Shown here piece by piece: positions 8,405-17,763 of a stretch of DNA of 64,000 bases. Each line of letters starts with the position of its first letter. Position 1 is the first letter of the stretch. Origin of the DNA: a virus. The stretch is taken from IMG/VR virus record IMGVR_UViG_2700989538_000002. One strand, 5' to 3'. Under the pieces are notes generated by a model. That model was not told the DNA's origin. It saw nothing but the letters and a program-made list of their open reading frames with translations, and searched no databases. The position numbers and the translations under genes were made by a program.

Positions 8405-9548
8405 ATGCACTTGGACGCCAACGCGACCCAGATAGCCCTTTCTATCGAGGGTGTCTCCACCGATCTCCAAGTCCTGGAGTTTGTCGGCCGCGAAGCCCTC
8501 AACCAGCCTTACCGCTTCGACGTCGAACTGGTCAGCACCCGCCCCGACCTGGACCTCGACACGCTGATCAACCGCTCCGCCTACCTCTGCTTCGGCCCTG
8601 CCCAGGGTGGCGTGCACGGCGTGATCGACCGCATCGAGCAGGGCGACTCCGGCCACCGCCTGACCCGCTACAGCCTCACCCTGCGGCCGAAGCTGAACTA
8701 CCTGCGGCACTGCTTCGACCAGCGCATCTACCAGCACCTGTCCGTGCCCCAGGTCATCGCCCTGGTGCTGGAAGACCACGGCATCCTCGACGGCGACTAC
8801 AAGTTCCAGCTCGGCTACGTCTACCCCGAGCGTGACTACTGCGTGCAGTACGACGAGTCCGACCTGCACTTCATCCAGCGCCTGTGCGAGGAAGAGGGCA
8901 TCTCCTACCACTTCCAGCACAGCACCCGTGGCCACGTGCTGGTGTTCGGCGACGACCAGACCGTATTCCCCAAGCTGCCGCCGCTGGCCTATCAGCAGGA
9001 CACCGGTCTGTCCGCCGACAACGAAGTGGTGCGCGCCTTCGGCGTGCGCCTGGAAACCCAAGGTGCTCGGCAGCCAGACCGCCGTGGTCACCGGCCCGAA
9101 CAAATCCTCCCATGACGTCACGCTGGGACCCATGCAGCCGGCCCAGCGCAAGCCCGGTACCATTCAGCACACCGAAGTGAGCGAAGACCGCCTTCCCGGC
9201 CGTGGTGCCAACGCCCGTCTGGACGATGGGTTGAGCGCGCAATTCACCCTGTTCGCCGGCGTACAGGCAGGCATCAAGATCGATGGTTCCTTGAACTGGG
9301 CGCCGCCCGCGGCACTCGCGGCCCTGCGCGCCATTCCGGCTGCCAATGATGACGGCACGCTGTCCAAGGAGCACAACCAGTGGCTGACCCTGGCACGACT
9401 CACCGCCAACCTGAGTGGTGCAGTGGGGGTGGGGGCCAAAGGCGATGTGACCGTCTCGCTGATGGAAGGGCGGTTCGTCCTGCGCATCAAGGCCGCCTTG
9501 ATCGCCGGCCCCGGCGTGGACGGCGCCTTCACCTTCGAGGTCGGCTAA
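8405..9548 (+). pseudogene. vgrG: vgrG (T6SS spike) N-terminal fragment, frameshifted near 9060 and joined to unrelated C-terminal coding sequence
   Basis: First 215 aa in the 8405..9115 frame are VgrG-like (LQVLEFVGREALNQPYRFDVELVS...QYDESDLHFIQRLCEEEGISYHFQH...VLVFGDDQTVFPKL). A canonical VgrG is about 650-750 aa. The reading continues only in another frame (8832..9548) with non-VgrG sequence. Confidence 0.6.
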
Positions 9549-9567
9549 CCAGGGTGACCTGTACAGC

Positions 9568-10260
9568 ATGTTGCGGCTCTCGCGTACAGATAACGACCTG
9601 TGCGCCATCATGAACAACTGCCCAGCAAGCACCAAGACACCTTGGGACTGGCTCAAGCAGGCCAGAGAGATCGCGGGGGCGAACGCCGAAAAGGGGGACG
9701 CAGAAGCCATGTACATCATGTACCTGGCCACGGCGGAACTCGAATGGCTGGAAAAATCGGCCGAGGCGGGCTACGCCCGAGGCCAGTGGTTGTTGGCCAA
9801 TCGTTATCAGGAAGGTGAGGGTTTTTTCTTCCTGCCCGGAAAACGTAAGGAGGCCTTTGAGAAATGGATCAAGGCATCGGCGGAGGGCGGCTATCCGAAG
9901 GCGATGATGACCTATGTGGGTATTCTTCATGATAAAGGAGATATGGAAACCGCCCGGTACTGGATTGAGGAGGCGGCCAAAACCGGTTTTAAAAGTGGCG
10001 TGAGCAGTTTTGGCGCCTATCTGGGGCACGCCCCTGCCAAATTCGGTTTTCCGTTGGATGTGGTCAAAGGCTATGGTCTGATTTCCCTGCTTAGGGAGTT
10101 GGACGGTGGCGGTAATGTGCAGGTCTATGTCGACGAGGTGCTGTCGGAGATCGCGGCCAAGATGACGCCCGAGCAGATCGAAGAGGCCAAAGCCTTCGCT
10201 GAGGAATGGAAAGCCAGCCATCCGCCGCTCTCGTTCTTCCCGGACAAGCTGGGGTATTGA
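9568..10260 (+). CDS. Sel1/TPR-like repeat protein (possible orphan T6SS immunity or adaptor), 230 aa
   Basis: Repeated A-x-x-G-Y/W-x-x-A motifs (AEAGYARGQWLLANRYQEGEG, ASAEGGYPKAMMTYVGILHDKGD). Lies immediately downstream of the vgrG remnant. Confidence 0.5.
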   Translation: MLRLSRTDNDLCAIMNNCPASTKTPWDWLKQAREIAGANAEKGDAEAMYIMYLATAELEWLEKSAEAGYARGQWLLANRYQEGEGFFFLPGKRKEAFEKWIKASAEGGYPKAMMTYVGILHDKGDMETARYWIEEAAKTGFKSGVSSFGAYLGHAPAKFGFPLDVVKGYGLISLLRELDGGGNVQVYVDEVLSEIAAKMTPEQIEEAKAFAEEWKASHPPLSFFPDKLGY

Positions 10261-10366
10261 GTTGGCTTTGAAATCCCCTGTTCGTCATTCTGACCTTATT
10301 TGCAAACTCGGTCTCGCGATTTAACTTCGCCAACGAATTCAGTTTCTGACCTCAAGGAAGATTTCC

Positions 10367-10555
10367 ATGTTGATCCTGACCCGCCGTCCTGGCGAAACCC
10401 TGAAGATTGGCGAAGACATCGAGGTCTGCATCCTCGGCGTGACTGGTAATCAAGTTCGCCTCGGCACAAAGGCGCCCCAGGCGGTGGAGGTGCACCGAGA
10501 GGAAATCTACCGGCGTATTCACGGCGAACCGGCTCAGTCGCCCGTCGGCGATTGA
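10367..10555 (+). CDS. csrA: CsrA/RsmA-family carbon storage regulator paralog, 62 aa
   Basis: [51 protein letters not shown] is a near-canonical CsrA sequence. RBS AAGGAAG 6 nt upstream. Confidence 0.85.
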   Translation: MLILTRRPGETLKIGEDIEVCILGVTGNQVRLGTKAPQAVEVHREEIYRRIHGEPAQSPVGD

Positions 10556-11589
10556 GCGTGCCGTCCCGGAGCCCGGCAGGCGGACGCCAAACTGGAGCAA
10601 GCGCAAGCGGAGACTTGACCACGGTGGCCGTCGAGCCTTCGGTGAAGCAACCCACGGCTTCGCCCGCTGACAATCTGTACCTGCTTCCAGAGAGCCTCCA
10701 TTCTGAAGCCCGCAGCTTCCTGCGGTTGTTGGAAAGCATGCCCAAGCAACTCCCTAGGGCATGCCCCTATTGCGATTGCACGGCATTCAGGGTCAAGCGA
10801 AACCAATATTGCCTATGCAGCGCTTGTGGTAAGAGCTTCAGCGCTTTGACGGGAACTCCGCTCTACAGGCTGTGGGGCTCCGAGCGTTTCCGTCCCTTTG
10901 CCGAAGGCTGGCTGGCAGGGGAGCGTGCCCATGTGGTGGGCGAGCAGTTGGGTATGAACGCAACCACCGCTCGCACCTGGGTGAAGCGCTTCCTGCAACT
11001 GATGGAAGAAACCCATCCCGATTTGCATCGCTGGTGGAGTGCGTACCTGTATCGCCAGGAGTTGGAGCTACCTGCCCACATCCAGGAGCAGGCACAACGG
11101 TTTCTGGATTGGTTGGCGCGTTTTCCCTTTGAGCCGTCAACCGCATGCCCACACTGCGGCTCGTCAGAGCTGATTTCCCATGGCCTTGGCAATGGACTAC
11201 CGCGCTGGCGCTGCAAGCCCTGTGGGCGCATGCACAACCGGCTGAGCGACACGCCGTTGAAATGGGTCGGGCAGATGGAACTGTGGCGTCCCTATGTGGA
11301 ACTCATGCTGCAGGGCTTTACCCATCAGGACTGCGTTCTGCAACTGGGAATAGCAGAAGCCAAGGGCACGAATCGGGACAGGAATTGGCGCCCGCGTTTC
11401 CTCAAACTCATCGAGCAACGTGAGCCGGAACTGCTGGAGTGGATTACCTGGCAGAACCGCAGGCGTCGCGGCCAACTGGCATCCGAGCACCAAGCAAACT
11501 TGAGGCGCAGGAGGGTTGGGTCCAAGCACGAGCAAGCTTCAACCTGCACCGCCGATGAGAACCAAGGAGAGCCACGGGTAGGAATCTGA
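10552..11589 (+). CDS. protein with two tandem IS1 InsA-like zinc-ribbon + HTH modules (putative DNA-binding regulator, not an intact transposase)
   Basis: [26 protein letters not shown]...[21 protein letters not shown] and [31 protein letters not shown]...[15 protein letters not shown]. Overlaps the csrA stop by 4 nt. The annotated start is a TTG; an ATG at 10738 is an alternative. Confidence 0.45.
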   Translation: MSVPSRSPAGGRQTGASASGDLTTVAVEPSVKQPTASPADNLYLLPESLHSEARSFLRLLESMPKQLPRACPYCDCTAFRVKRNQYCLCSACGKSFSALTGTPLYRLWGSERFRPFAEGWLAGERAHVVGEQLGMNATTARTWVKRFLQLMEETHPDLHRWWSAYLYRQELELPAHIQEQAQRFLDWLARFPFEPSTACPHCGSSELISHGLGNGLPRWRCKPCGRMHNRLSDTPLKWVGQMELWRPYVELMLQGFTHQDCVLQLGIAEAKGTNRDRNWRPRFLKLIEQREPELLEWITWQNRRRRGQLASEHQANLRRRRVGSKHEQASTCTADENQGEPRVGI

Positions 11590-11736
11590 TCTGTTCAGGT
11601 ACATCGTGGCTCAAACGCTACGGAAAGGAGCGACGACATGCATACTTTGGCCCGCCGGGTTGGCGAGGCCCTGACATCTTGGCGCCAAGGCATATCTAGA
11701 ACTATCGTGAGGCGCTTTGAAGGAAAGAAAAAATAA

Positions 11737-11766
11737 ACCCCTTCCAGGCTTGAACCTGGAGGGGGT
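11737..11766 (-). terminator. hairpin CCCCTTCCAGG...CCTGGAGGGGG followed by a T-run on the minus strand
   Basis: Seen in sequence, downstream of the minus-strand gene 11984..12277. Confidence 0.35.
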
Positions 11767-11983
11767 GGTAAAACAGGAAGTGCCCTGGCCTTGCGGGTTC
11801 GTTCCGGATACCCACTGTTCACGCAGAGATCAGTAGGCAGGTCTTCTCAGCGTTAAACACCGCTTATACTCGAGACAGGGGCCGTATGCGGTGCCTCCAT
11901 AAACAAGGCTGCGTGAGGCAGGAGTCGCCAAGGGGAAAGGCGAATACCGTAAGCATGTTGTTGGGGATTAATCTGAAGCTATT

Positions 11984-12277
11984 TCATTTCTCCTCATCTT
12001 CAATGTTGTTGAAGACTCCTCCAATGATAGTCAAAGCGCCTAGTATTCCGAGGCCCCACGAAATCACTGGCGAGTCAAATAGCCTTGCTGAGAACAACGC
12101 ACCATAGAAACGATCATTGAATCGGAGAGCTATTCCATTATCAATATACAGCGATTTCTTGGTGTATATGAATTCCTTCCATGCGATATCCCACCCGCCT
12201 AGCCAGAATAGAAAAAGTCCGATGAGGATCGTCGCTATGGTGGCGCCAATTGCTTTTACGGTATCTTTTGTGTGCAT
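11984..12277 (-). CDS. small integral membrane protein, 97 aa
   Basis: Two hydrophobic helices (IGATIATILIGLFLFWLGGW, ISWGLGILGALTIIGGV). About 42% GC. Confidence 0.35.
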   Translation of the reverse strand: MHTKDTVKAIGATIATILIGLFLFWLGGWDIAWKEFIYTKKSLYIDNGIALRFNDRFYGALFSARLFDSPVISWGLGILGALTIIGGVFNNIEDEEK

Positions 12278-12283
12278 TCGGGG

Positions 12284-13714
12284 TCATCCTGCATTGTTTG
12301 CCTGGGTGGTATCAGGTTGGTAACACTTGGCTTCTATTTTATCGCGGTCTGTATACATCAAGCTGGATGATCCTTCTGCGGTTTTCAGCCATTCCGATTT
12401 TTCGCGTAGGCAGGCCTCTATTTCATTTTGGGGGGGCATAGGAGCCAGTGTTGTCGATTGGATCGAAGGTATGTCTACAAGAAGTGTTATCTCCGCGTGG
12501 TAGGGGATGCTTTCGTAATGGACGCTATCGAAGAATCGTCCTGGTAGCCGAGCATCAATGTTGGATACATCGATGAGCCCTATTTTATTTGGGTGCTCAT
12601 TGCGCATGTGTTCTGGGGGCAAAATGGCTACCTGAATTGCTTGGCCTTTAAGCCAGCTGATTACGGCGGTTAGTCTCCCATCTAGATCAAATACGCGCTC
12701 TAAACCATCTTTTACTATTGATTGGTTGATGGTCTGCGTATTATCGTCTGTGCCAAGACCGTTGTACTGGCCGACTTGCTGGCCGTTGATCCACTGGAAA
12801 TGTTTTGCACTGATGACCTTGCCGCGTTGCCATTGAACTTCGTAGGTTACATTTCCGCTACGGTCCCAGCGCTTTTCCAGCCCGTCGTACGCTAGGCTTT
12901 CCCATTTGTCGCGTTTGTCATTGACCCGGATTTGATTGACGAGGCGGGAAAGAGAACCAATGTCGTATTCTCTAATGACTGTTGACATTAGGGTTCCGTT
13001 CTCATAGGTCTCTTCCTGGTTTGTCAGTCCATGGATTGAGGTCTTCTGCAGGCCATGTCGAACTCCCATTTTATAATTCTGTTCAGCAACGACCTGGCCA
13101 TTAGCGAGTTCTAGTTGACGGCCGTGGGGTACTCCATCGACTAGGATTTGTTGCTTGTTGTAGCGGTTGTCAAATCCGGTTTCTTTGCCATTTTTCCATT
13201 CGAGACTGGTAATCAAGGTTTCCCCGCCACCCGACCAGTACTTCTCGGCTCCATCCTTTTTGCCGTTCTGGAAATGGGTTTCTGCAATGACCTTTCCATT
13301 GGCTGGGTTGAATTGAGCGGATAGCCCATTTTGTTTGTTTCTCTGCCATTGGATTCGATGGGTGAGATTTCCTGTTTCAGCGTCATAGCGCTCTTCGATT
13401 CCATCTTTTTCTCCAGCCCTGAAGTGGAGGCGACTGACGATCATTCCTGATCTGGTGGAGCAAACGGTCTCTCCGCTGGGAAGGCCTTTCTGAACCTCAA
13501 TCATGCAGCTTCCTACATTCACCAATCCCAGTAGTGATATAGGGAAGTTGAGGATGCGGCCGGTGTAAGGTTCCGTATCGTGCAACTTATATATAAGGCC
13601 TTGATTCTCATGCGTCTGGCGATAGTCGATTTCTTCGCTGAAACAGCCTGATATGAAAGTGGTCGAGATCAAGGCAAGGATGAAGACTGTCTGGCGGGAG
13701 TGCTTGTAAAGCAT
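12284..13714 (-). CDS. lipoprotein with MORN-variant (YwqK-family) repeats, about 476 aa
   Basis: Lipobox LISTTFISGC after MLYKHSRQTVFILA. Repeated Y/W-x-N-G-x-x-x-G motifs (YTGRILNF, WQRNKQNGLSAQFNPANGKVIAETHFQNGKKDGAEKYW, WKNGKETGFDNRYN). ATG at 13712-13714 with an AGGAG RBS. About 42% GC. Confidence 0.55.
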   Translation of the reverse strand: MLYKHSRQTVFILALISTTFISGCFSEEIDYRQTHENQGLIYKLHDTEPYTGRILNFPISLLGLVNVGSCMIEVQKGLPSGETVCSTRSGMIVSRLHFRAGEKDGIEERYDAETGNLTHRIQWQRNKQNGLSAQFNPANGKVIAETHFQNGKKDGAEKYWSGGGETLITSLEWKNGKETGFDNRYNKQQILVDGVPHGRQLELANGQVVAEQNYKMGVRHGLQKTSIHGLTNQEETYENGTLMSTVIREYDIGSLSRLVNQIRVNDKRDKWESLAYDGLEKRWDRSGNVTYEVQWQRGKVISAKHFQWINGQQVGQYNGLGTDDNTQTINQSIVKDGLERVFDLDGRLTAVISWLKGQAIQVAILPPEHMRNEHPNKIGLIDVSNIDARLPGRFFDSVHYESIPYHAEITLLVDIPSIQSTTLAPMPPQNEIEACLREKSEWLKTAEGSSSLMYTDRDKIEAKCYQPDTTQANNAG

Positions 13715-13782
13715 AATGACTCCTAGAGTGTGCTCGACCTGGAGATAAGTATTTAGCTGATCCCCAGCATCGTGGAGGCTGG

Positions 13783-14232
13783 CTACCAGCCGTAGCGGCA
13801 AGTGCTTTTATGACTGTCGAGGGGCGGCAGAACTTTTTTGATGTCCTGCACGGGTAGGCGTACTGTTTGCCCGTCGGCTGTTATGAAGAGGTTGTTTGCC
13901 TTGCGCAAAGCTGGCCAGAATTCTTGGAAGTTGGCCGCACAGACACGACATTCAGTATAAAAAGGGTTGTGATAACGTTCGCCATCGACGATTACGTCGA
14001 AACCCGTGTCGCTATGAGAGGCGTAGTTCTTTCCAGCAATCGTGGCGTAGGCGCTGATGTATTTTTCCTCGTCATCAGGGCAGGAAATATTCAGCTCATT
14101 TCCATTACCATCATCGACGAGGTGTTCGCTAACACCCATGCCCCAGCCCGATGTCCATTTATAGGTGCCGGCTGTAGCGGTATTAGCCATTATCCAGCAC
14201 AGCAGGGCGATCAAGGCGATGTTCCTGTTCAT
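13783..14232 (-). CDS. secreted cysteine-containing protein, 149 aa (signal peptide MNRNIALIALLCWIMANTATA)
   Basis: ATG at 14230-14232 with an AGGA RBS. Signal peptide followed by Cys-containing motifs (ISCPDD, TECRVCAANF). Low GC. Confidence 0.45.
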   Translation of the reverse strand: MNRNIALIALLCWIMANTATAGTYKWTSGWGMGVSEHLVDDGNGNELNISCPDDEEKYISAYATIAGKNYASHSDTGFDVIVDGERYHNPFYTECRVCAANFQEFWPALRKANNLFITADGQTVRLPVQDIKKVLPPLDSHKSTCRYGW

Positions 14233-14471
14233 TGAAAAATTCCTTATATGGTTGCGCGGTTGGTTGAACTCTATTGAGTGAGTGTCAACTGCTGAAAGTG
14301 AGAGTGCGTTAGGGACGGAGAACCAACGCTGACGATTGAGGTTCATCGGGATTCCCATCTCGTTAGGTATTTTCGAGTGCGCTTGTTCTCGACTCGGATG
14401 ACGCACATAGCTGACGTTATGGGTCGTAAATGCCGTGGTCGTTTTGGCATCTTAGCCGGACGATTTGCGGC

Positions 14472-14717
14472 ATGGCAAGAATCTCCGCAAGTCTCGATTC
14501 TGACGGGAGCCTGACTCGGTTGGGCTCGGCGATTCGTGCCCGGCGAACTGCGTTGGGACTATCGCAAGAGGCCTTGGCGGATTCGGCAGGTATCGATCGC
14601 TCTCACATGGGCAAGATCGAGCGAGGGGAAAGGAACGTTACTTTCTTGAATATTCAGCGCATTGCTCTGGCTGTGCGCTGCTTGCCGTCCGATTTGCTCA
14701 TAGATGCGGGACTATGA
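14472..14717 (+). CDS. XRE-family HTH transcriptional regulator
   Basis: LGLSQEALADSAGIDRSHMGKIERGERNVTFLNIQRIALAV follows the canonical HTH_3 pattern. Confidence 0.55.
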   Translation: MARISASLDSDGSLTRLGSAIRARRTALGLSQEALADSAGIDRSHMGKIERGERNVTFLNIQRIALAVRCLPSDLLIDAGL

Positions 14718-14980
14718 AGGGGCGGAACTGAGGCTGTTTCAGCTCGAAATGGCTCCGTCCCATCGATCATTAAGTTGAAAGCGCGCTCGAGCGGACTTCG
14801 CAATGAAGGTCCGAGGCCGTCGACTGCTGGATATCATGCAGAAATCCATCAGCCGGGCAGGCGTCTTGGCTGCCTCCTTGGATAGCATGACGGAAGAGTT
14901 GCCGATCAGGCACCGCGTGATCATGGTGGTGCTCCAGTGTTGTAAGACCCAGGAGCCTGGACAGGCTCCTGTTCATGCTG

Positions 14981-15169
14981 TCACGGCTCAACGGTGATCC
15001 GGATTCCGAGTAGCTGGAGGAGCCGGTGGAGCAGGACCAGTGCCAGCGTGACCACCAGCAGCAACGGCCAAAACCTCAGCATGAGCAGCACCAGCGCGAC
15101 GAACGCCGTGCAACTGGCCAAGGTGCCGATGAACACGAACAGCAGCGCTGCAAAACCCAATACATTCAT
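14981..15169 (-). CDS. small hydrophobic protein, 62 aa
   Basis: Almost entirely hydrophobic ORF in the track. It may be spurious. Confidence 0.25.
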   Translation of the reverse strand: MNVLGFAALLFVFIGTLASCTAFVALVLLMLRFWPLLLVVTLALVLLHRLLQLLGIRITVEP

Positions 15170-15180
15170 GTGCGTTCTCC

Positions 15181-15678
15181 TTACAGGTAGCCTTGTTCCG
15201 CCAGCGACACGCAGCCCTCGCGGCCTACGACGATATGGTCCAGGGTTCGTACCCCGACCAGGTTCAGGGCCTCCCGCAGTTTATGGGTCAGGGTGAGATC
15301 TGATTGGCTGGGCTCCGGATCTCCGGAAGGGTGGTTGTGCACCAGGATGACGGCCGCGGCGTTGTGCTCCAGGGCCGCCTTGACGATCTCGCGGGGATAG
15401 ACGCTGGCGCTGTCCAGGGTGCCCCGGAACAGCTCGTGAAAGGCGATCACCCGATGCCGACTGTCGAGCAGGAGCAGGGCGAACACCTCATGCTCGTAAT
15501 CGGCCAATAGCGTCTGCAGGTGACTGAACACCTCCGGTGGTGAGGTCAGTGCTCTTCCCCGGCGCAGCCGCAGATTCGCCAACTGCCGGGCCATCAGCAG
15601 GATGTCGGTTTCGGTGACCGGCGACTCGACCAGATAGGTACCGGTCGAGTCACTGGCCTTCAGCTTGTGCAGACGCAT
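15181..15678 (-). CDS. radC: RadC-like JAB-domain protein
   Basis: JAMM-type signature HNHPSGDPEPSQSD in ...AAAVILVHNHPSGDPEPSQSDLTLT. Typical ICE/island cargo. Confidence 0.8.
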   Translation of the reverse strand: MRLHKLKASDSTGTYLVESPVTETDILLMARQLANLRLRRGRALTSPPEVFSHLQTLLADYEHEVFALLLLDSRHRVIAFHELFRGTLDSASVYPREIVKAALEHNAAAVILVHNHPSGDPEPSQSDLTLTHKLREALNLVGVRTLDHIVVGREGCVSLAEQGYL

Positions 15679-16600
15679 AAGGGGCTCCTTGGTGTTGATC
15701 GATCGATGGGGGTTGGTGTTGGGCTTGCGCCTCCAGCTTCTCGGCCAGACTGGCTTTCGATGATTTGTGCGGCGTTTTGGCGTTTACCGATTGGCTCTCC
15801 TCTGCGGGGTAGAACTCCTCGACGACGGCCCCCGCGTCTTCCTCGCTGTCCTCGAAGGCGCCATTGCCGAAGCCACGCCGTGCCGCCTCATCCAGCGCGA
15901 GCTGATCGAAGCCCGCCGCCTGACGTTGCGCATCGAGTTCATTGGCCGCCTGCAGTGCCTCGGCCATGTCCAGACCGCTGCGAACCGTAAGGTCGACATA
16001 GAAGATCGGCGTGCCGTGGCTCTGCCGGGTGGACTTGCCGCGCAGGCGCAGCTCCAGCGGCAGACAGGCCAGGCGGTTGCCGGAGATGGCCTGGAAGTAA
16101 TGCAGACGAGCCGCCAGCGTGCGGATGCTGTTGAAACCCGTGGTGCGGAGCACAAAGCTGCCCAATGGGTCGTCATCGCCAATGACCACGTTCAGCCGGC
16201 CGTAGGGCTTGCACGCGCCGCCCTTGGCCAACGGACAGGCATCGGGCGAAGGGCAGGGCAGCGACTGGATACCGTCCTTGCCCAGACGCTTGCAGGTCTC
16301 GCCGTTGCCCACGCAAATCGGTCGTCCGGTCAACCGGTCGAACAGCGTGTAGTCGGCGCGAAAATTCAGCTCCGGCTCATTGAAAAGCAGGCGCACCGGA
16401 ATGCTGCGCAGCTTGTCGTCCTTGTCCTGGCGCAGCTCGTCATTGAGCGGATGCAGCAGCCAGCCAGTTTTGCCCTGCACCTGGGAGGTGATGGTGAACT
16501 GGTCATCCTTCTCCGGCAGACGCTTGCCGTTCTTCTCGATGACCTTGCCGATGGAAATCCGCCCGAGCACCGGCGGGGTGATAGCCAGACCTTTGAGCAT
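15650..16600 (-). CDS. hypothetical island protein, 316 aa (candidate recombination partner of the adjacent YqaJ exonuclease)
   Basis: ATG at 16598-16600 with an AGGAG RBS. Sits between radC and the YqaJ exonuclease, in the SSAP-like position. No recognised motif. Confidence 0.45.
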   Translation of the reverse strand: MLKGLAITPPVLGRISIGKVIEKNGKRLPEKDDQFTITSQVQGKTGWLLHPLNDELRQDKDDKLRSIPVRLLFNEPELNFRADYTLFDRLTGRPICVGNGETCKRLGKDGIQSLPCPSPDACPLAKGGACKPYGRLNVVIGDDDPLGSFVLRTTGFNSIRTLAARLHYFQAISGNRLACLPLELRLRGKSTRQSHGTPIFYVDLTVRSGLDMAEALQAANELDAQRQAAGFDQLALDEAARRGFGNGAFEDSEEDAGAVVEEFYPAEESQSVNAKTPHKSSKASLAEKLEAQAQHQPPSIDQHQGAPYASAQAEGQ

Positions 16601-16687
16601 GATGGCGCTCCTGAAATGAAAAAAGGCCAGCCACACAGCGCAAACTGAGTGGACTGGCCAAGGGGAGGGAGGGGATGAAGAGGAAAA

Positions 16688-17698
16688 TCAGCCGATCAGA
16701 AAACGCCGGCTGCCTTCCTTGTGCTTGGGATAGCGTGCTTGCAGGTAGGGTTTGTCCTTGAGCAGTTGAGCGACATCGAGATCGACGCTGTCCTTGGCCT
16801 TGCGCCAGGTGACGTAGCCGCTGGCGAACTCCGCCCGAGAGGCTTCGCCCATGGCCTGCTGCAGCATCTGCTTGAGTTCCGCCTCGCGCTTTTCCTTGTC
16901 GGCAATCGACTGACGCAGGGCTTTCAGCTCGATGAAGGCCGCGCTCAATCCGGCATGACCGCTGAAGTCGACGACCTGGCCGTTGTCCTCCGGGTAGAGG
17001 CAGCGCAGCGCGGCTTCCGCAGAGGCCGTGCCATCGGCCGGCGGTGGCGTGTCGGTTTCGATGTACTGCCAGAAGCGGCGCTCCAGTTCGATCAGGCGAG
17101 CGATCATCTGCTCGTCCCGCTCGATGCGATGAATCTCCAGCGTCTGGCCGCCGAGCAGCACCGCCACATCCGCCGCCTGTTTACCGGTGACGGCGAGCTG
17201 GTGCATCACCTGCAACTGCACATACTCGGGCACGCCTTCTGCCCACAGGCGTGCCCCGTTTATGCCGGCGGTCTTGCATTCGAGAATCTGCACGTCCTCC
17301 GCGCCGATCACCTCGCGGTCGATGTTGGCCAGCATCCATGGCAGCTCCGGATCGGGGTGTTGCAGCACGGCATTGATGCGTCGGACCTTGTTCTTGGTGC
17401 GCTTGCTGTAGTGCCAGGCGACGATGGGCTCCAGGACATTGCCCCAATAGGTCGGACTGTCTTCATCCAGGAAATCGATCTTGGGCATACTGGCGTCGCG
17501 ACCGGTCTTTTCCAGCCACAGTTCCAGCTGGGATTTGTAAGGATTGAGACCCACCGCCGCCGCCGCGTCCGAACTGCCGATGCCCTGCTTGCGCACGGCC
17601 AGCCAGTCTTCGCGAGGCAGTTCCTTGGTGCTAATCAGGCGCAGCGCCGGACGCGCCTTGCCCTTGCTGTTCAACGGAGTCGCTTTCATCGGGTTCAC
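16688..17698 (-). CDS. YqaJ-like viral recombinase-domain exonuclease (lambda-Exo-like PD-(D/E)xK)
   Basis: WLAVRKQGIGSSDAAAAVGLNPYKSQLELW...GNVLEPIVAWHY...DVQILECKTAG follows the YqaJ-domain pattern (D...E-C-K). Confidence 0.7.
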   Translation of the reverse strand: MNPMKATPLNSKGKARPALRLISTKELPREDWLAVRKQGIGSSDAAAAVGLNPYKSQLELWLEKTGRDASMPKIDFLDEDSPTYWGNVLEPIVAWHYSKRTKNKVRRINAVLQHPDPELPWMLANIDREVIGAEDVQILECKTAGINGARLWAEGVPEYVQLQVMHQLAVTGKQAADVAVLLGGQTLEIHRIERDEQMIARLIELERRFWQYIETDTPPPADGTASAEAALRCLYPEDNGQVVDFSGHAGLSAAFIELKALRQSIADKEKREAELKQMLQQAMGEASRAEFASGYVTWRKAKDSVDLDVAQLLKDKPYLQARYPKHKEGSRRFLIG

Positions 17699-17763
17699 CT
17701 TGCGGATAGAAGAACGCCCGATCTGCGCGAGGCCGACCGGGCGTCATGAGGAGGGAAGGGGGA

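Noticed and set aside
8356-8835. Pro/Arg-rich 159-aa ORF overlapping the vgrG N-terminus in another frame
   Set aside because: Off-frame artefact of GC-rich coding sequence; no start context and low-complexity PRPR composition.
7967-9163. 398-aa ORF on the minus strand, antisense to the vgrG fragment
   Set aside because: Arg/Gly/Ala/Val-dominated composition typical of the antisense frame of a high-GC gene. The sense strand carries the recognisable VgrG sequence.
8832-9548. 238-aa ORF as an independent gene (possible T6SS effector C-terminal domain)
   Set aside because: It has no start context of its own and is contiguous with the VgrG N-terminal frame after a frameshift. It is treated as part of the vgrG pseudogene, though a fused effector-domain remnant cannot be excluded.
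16721-17749. 342-aa plus-strand ORF antisense to the YqaJ exonuclease gene
   Set aside because: Antisense high-GC artefact; the minus-strand product has clear YqaJ motifs.
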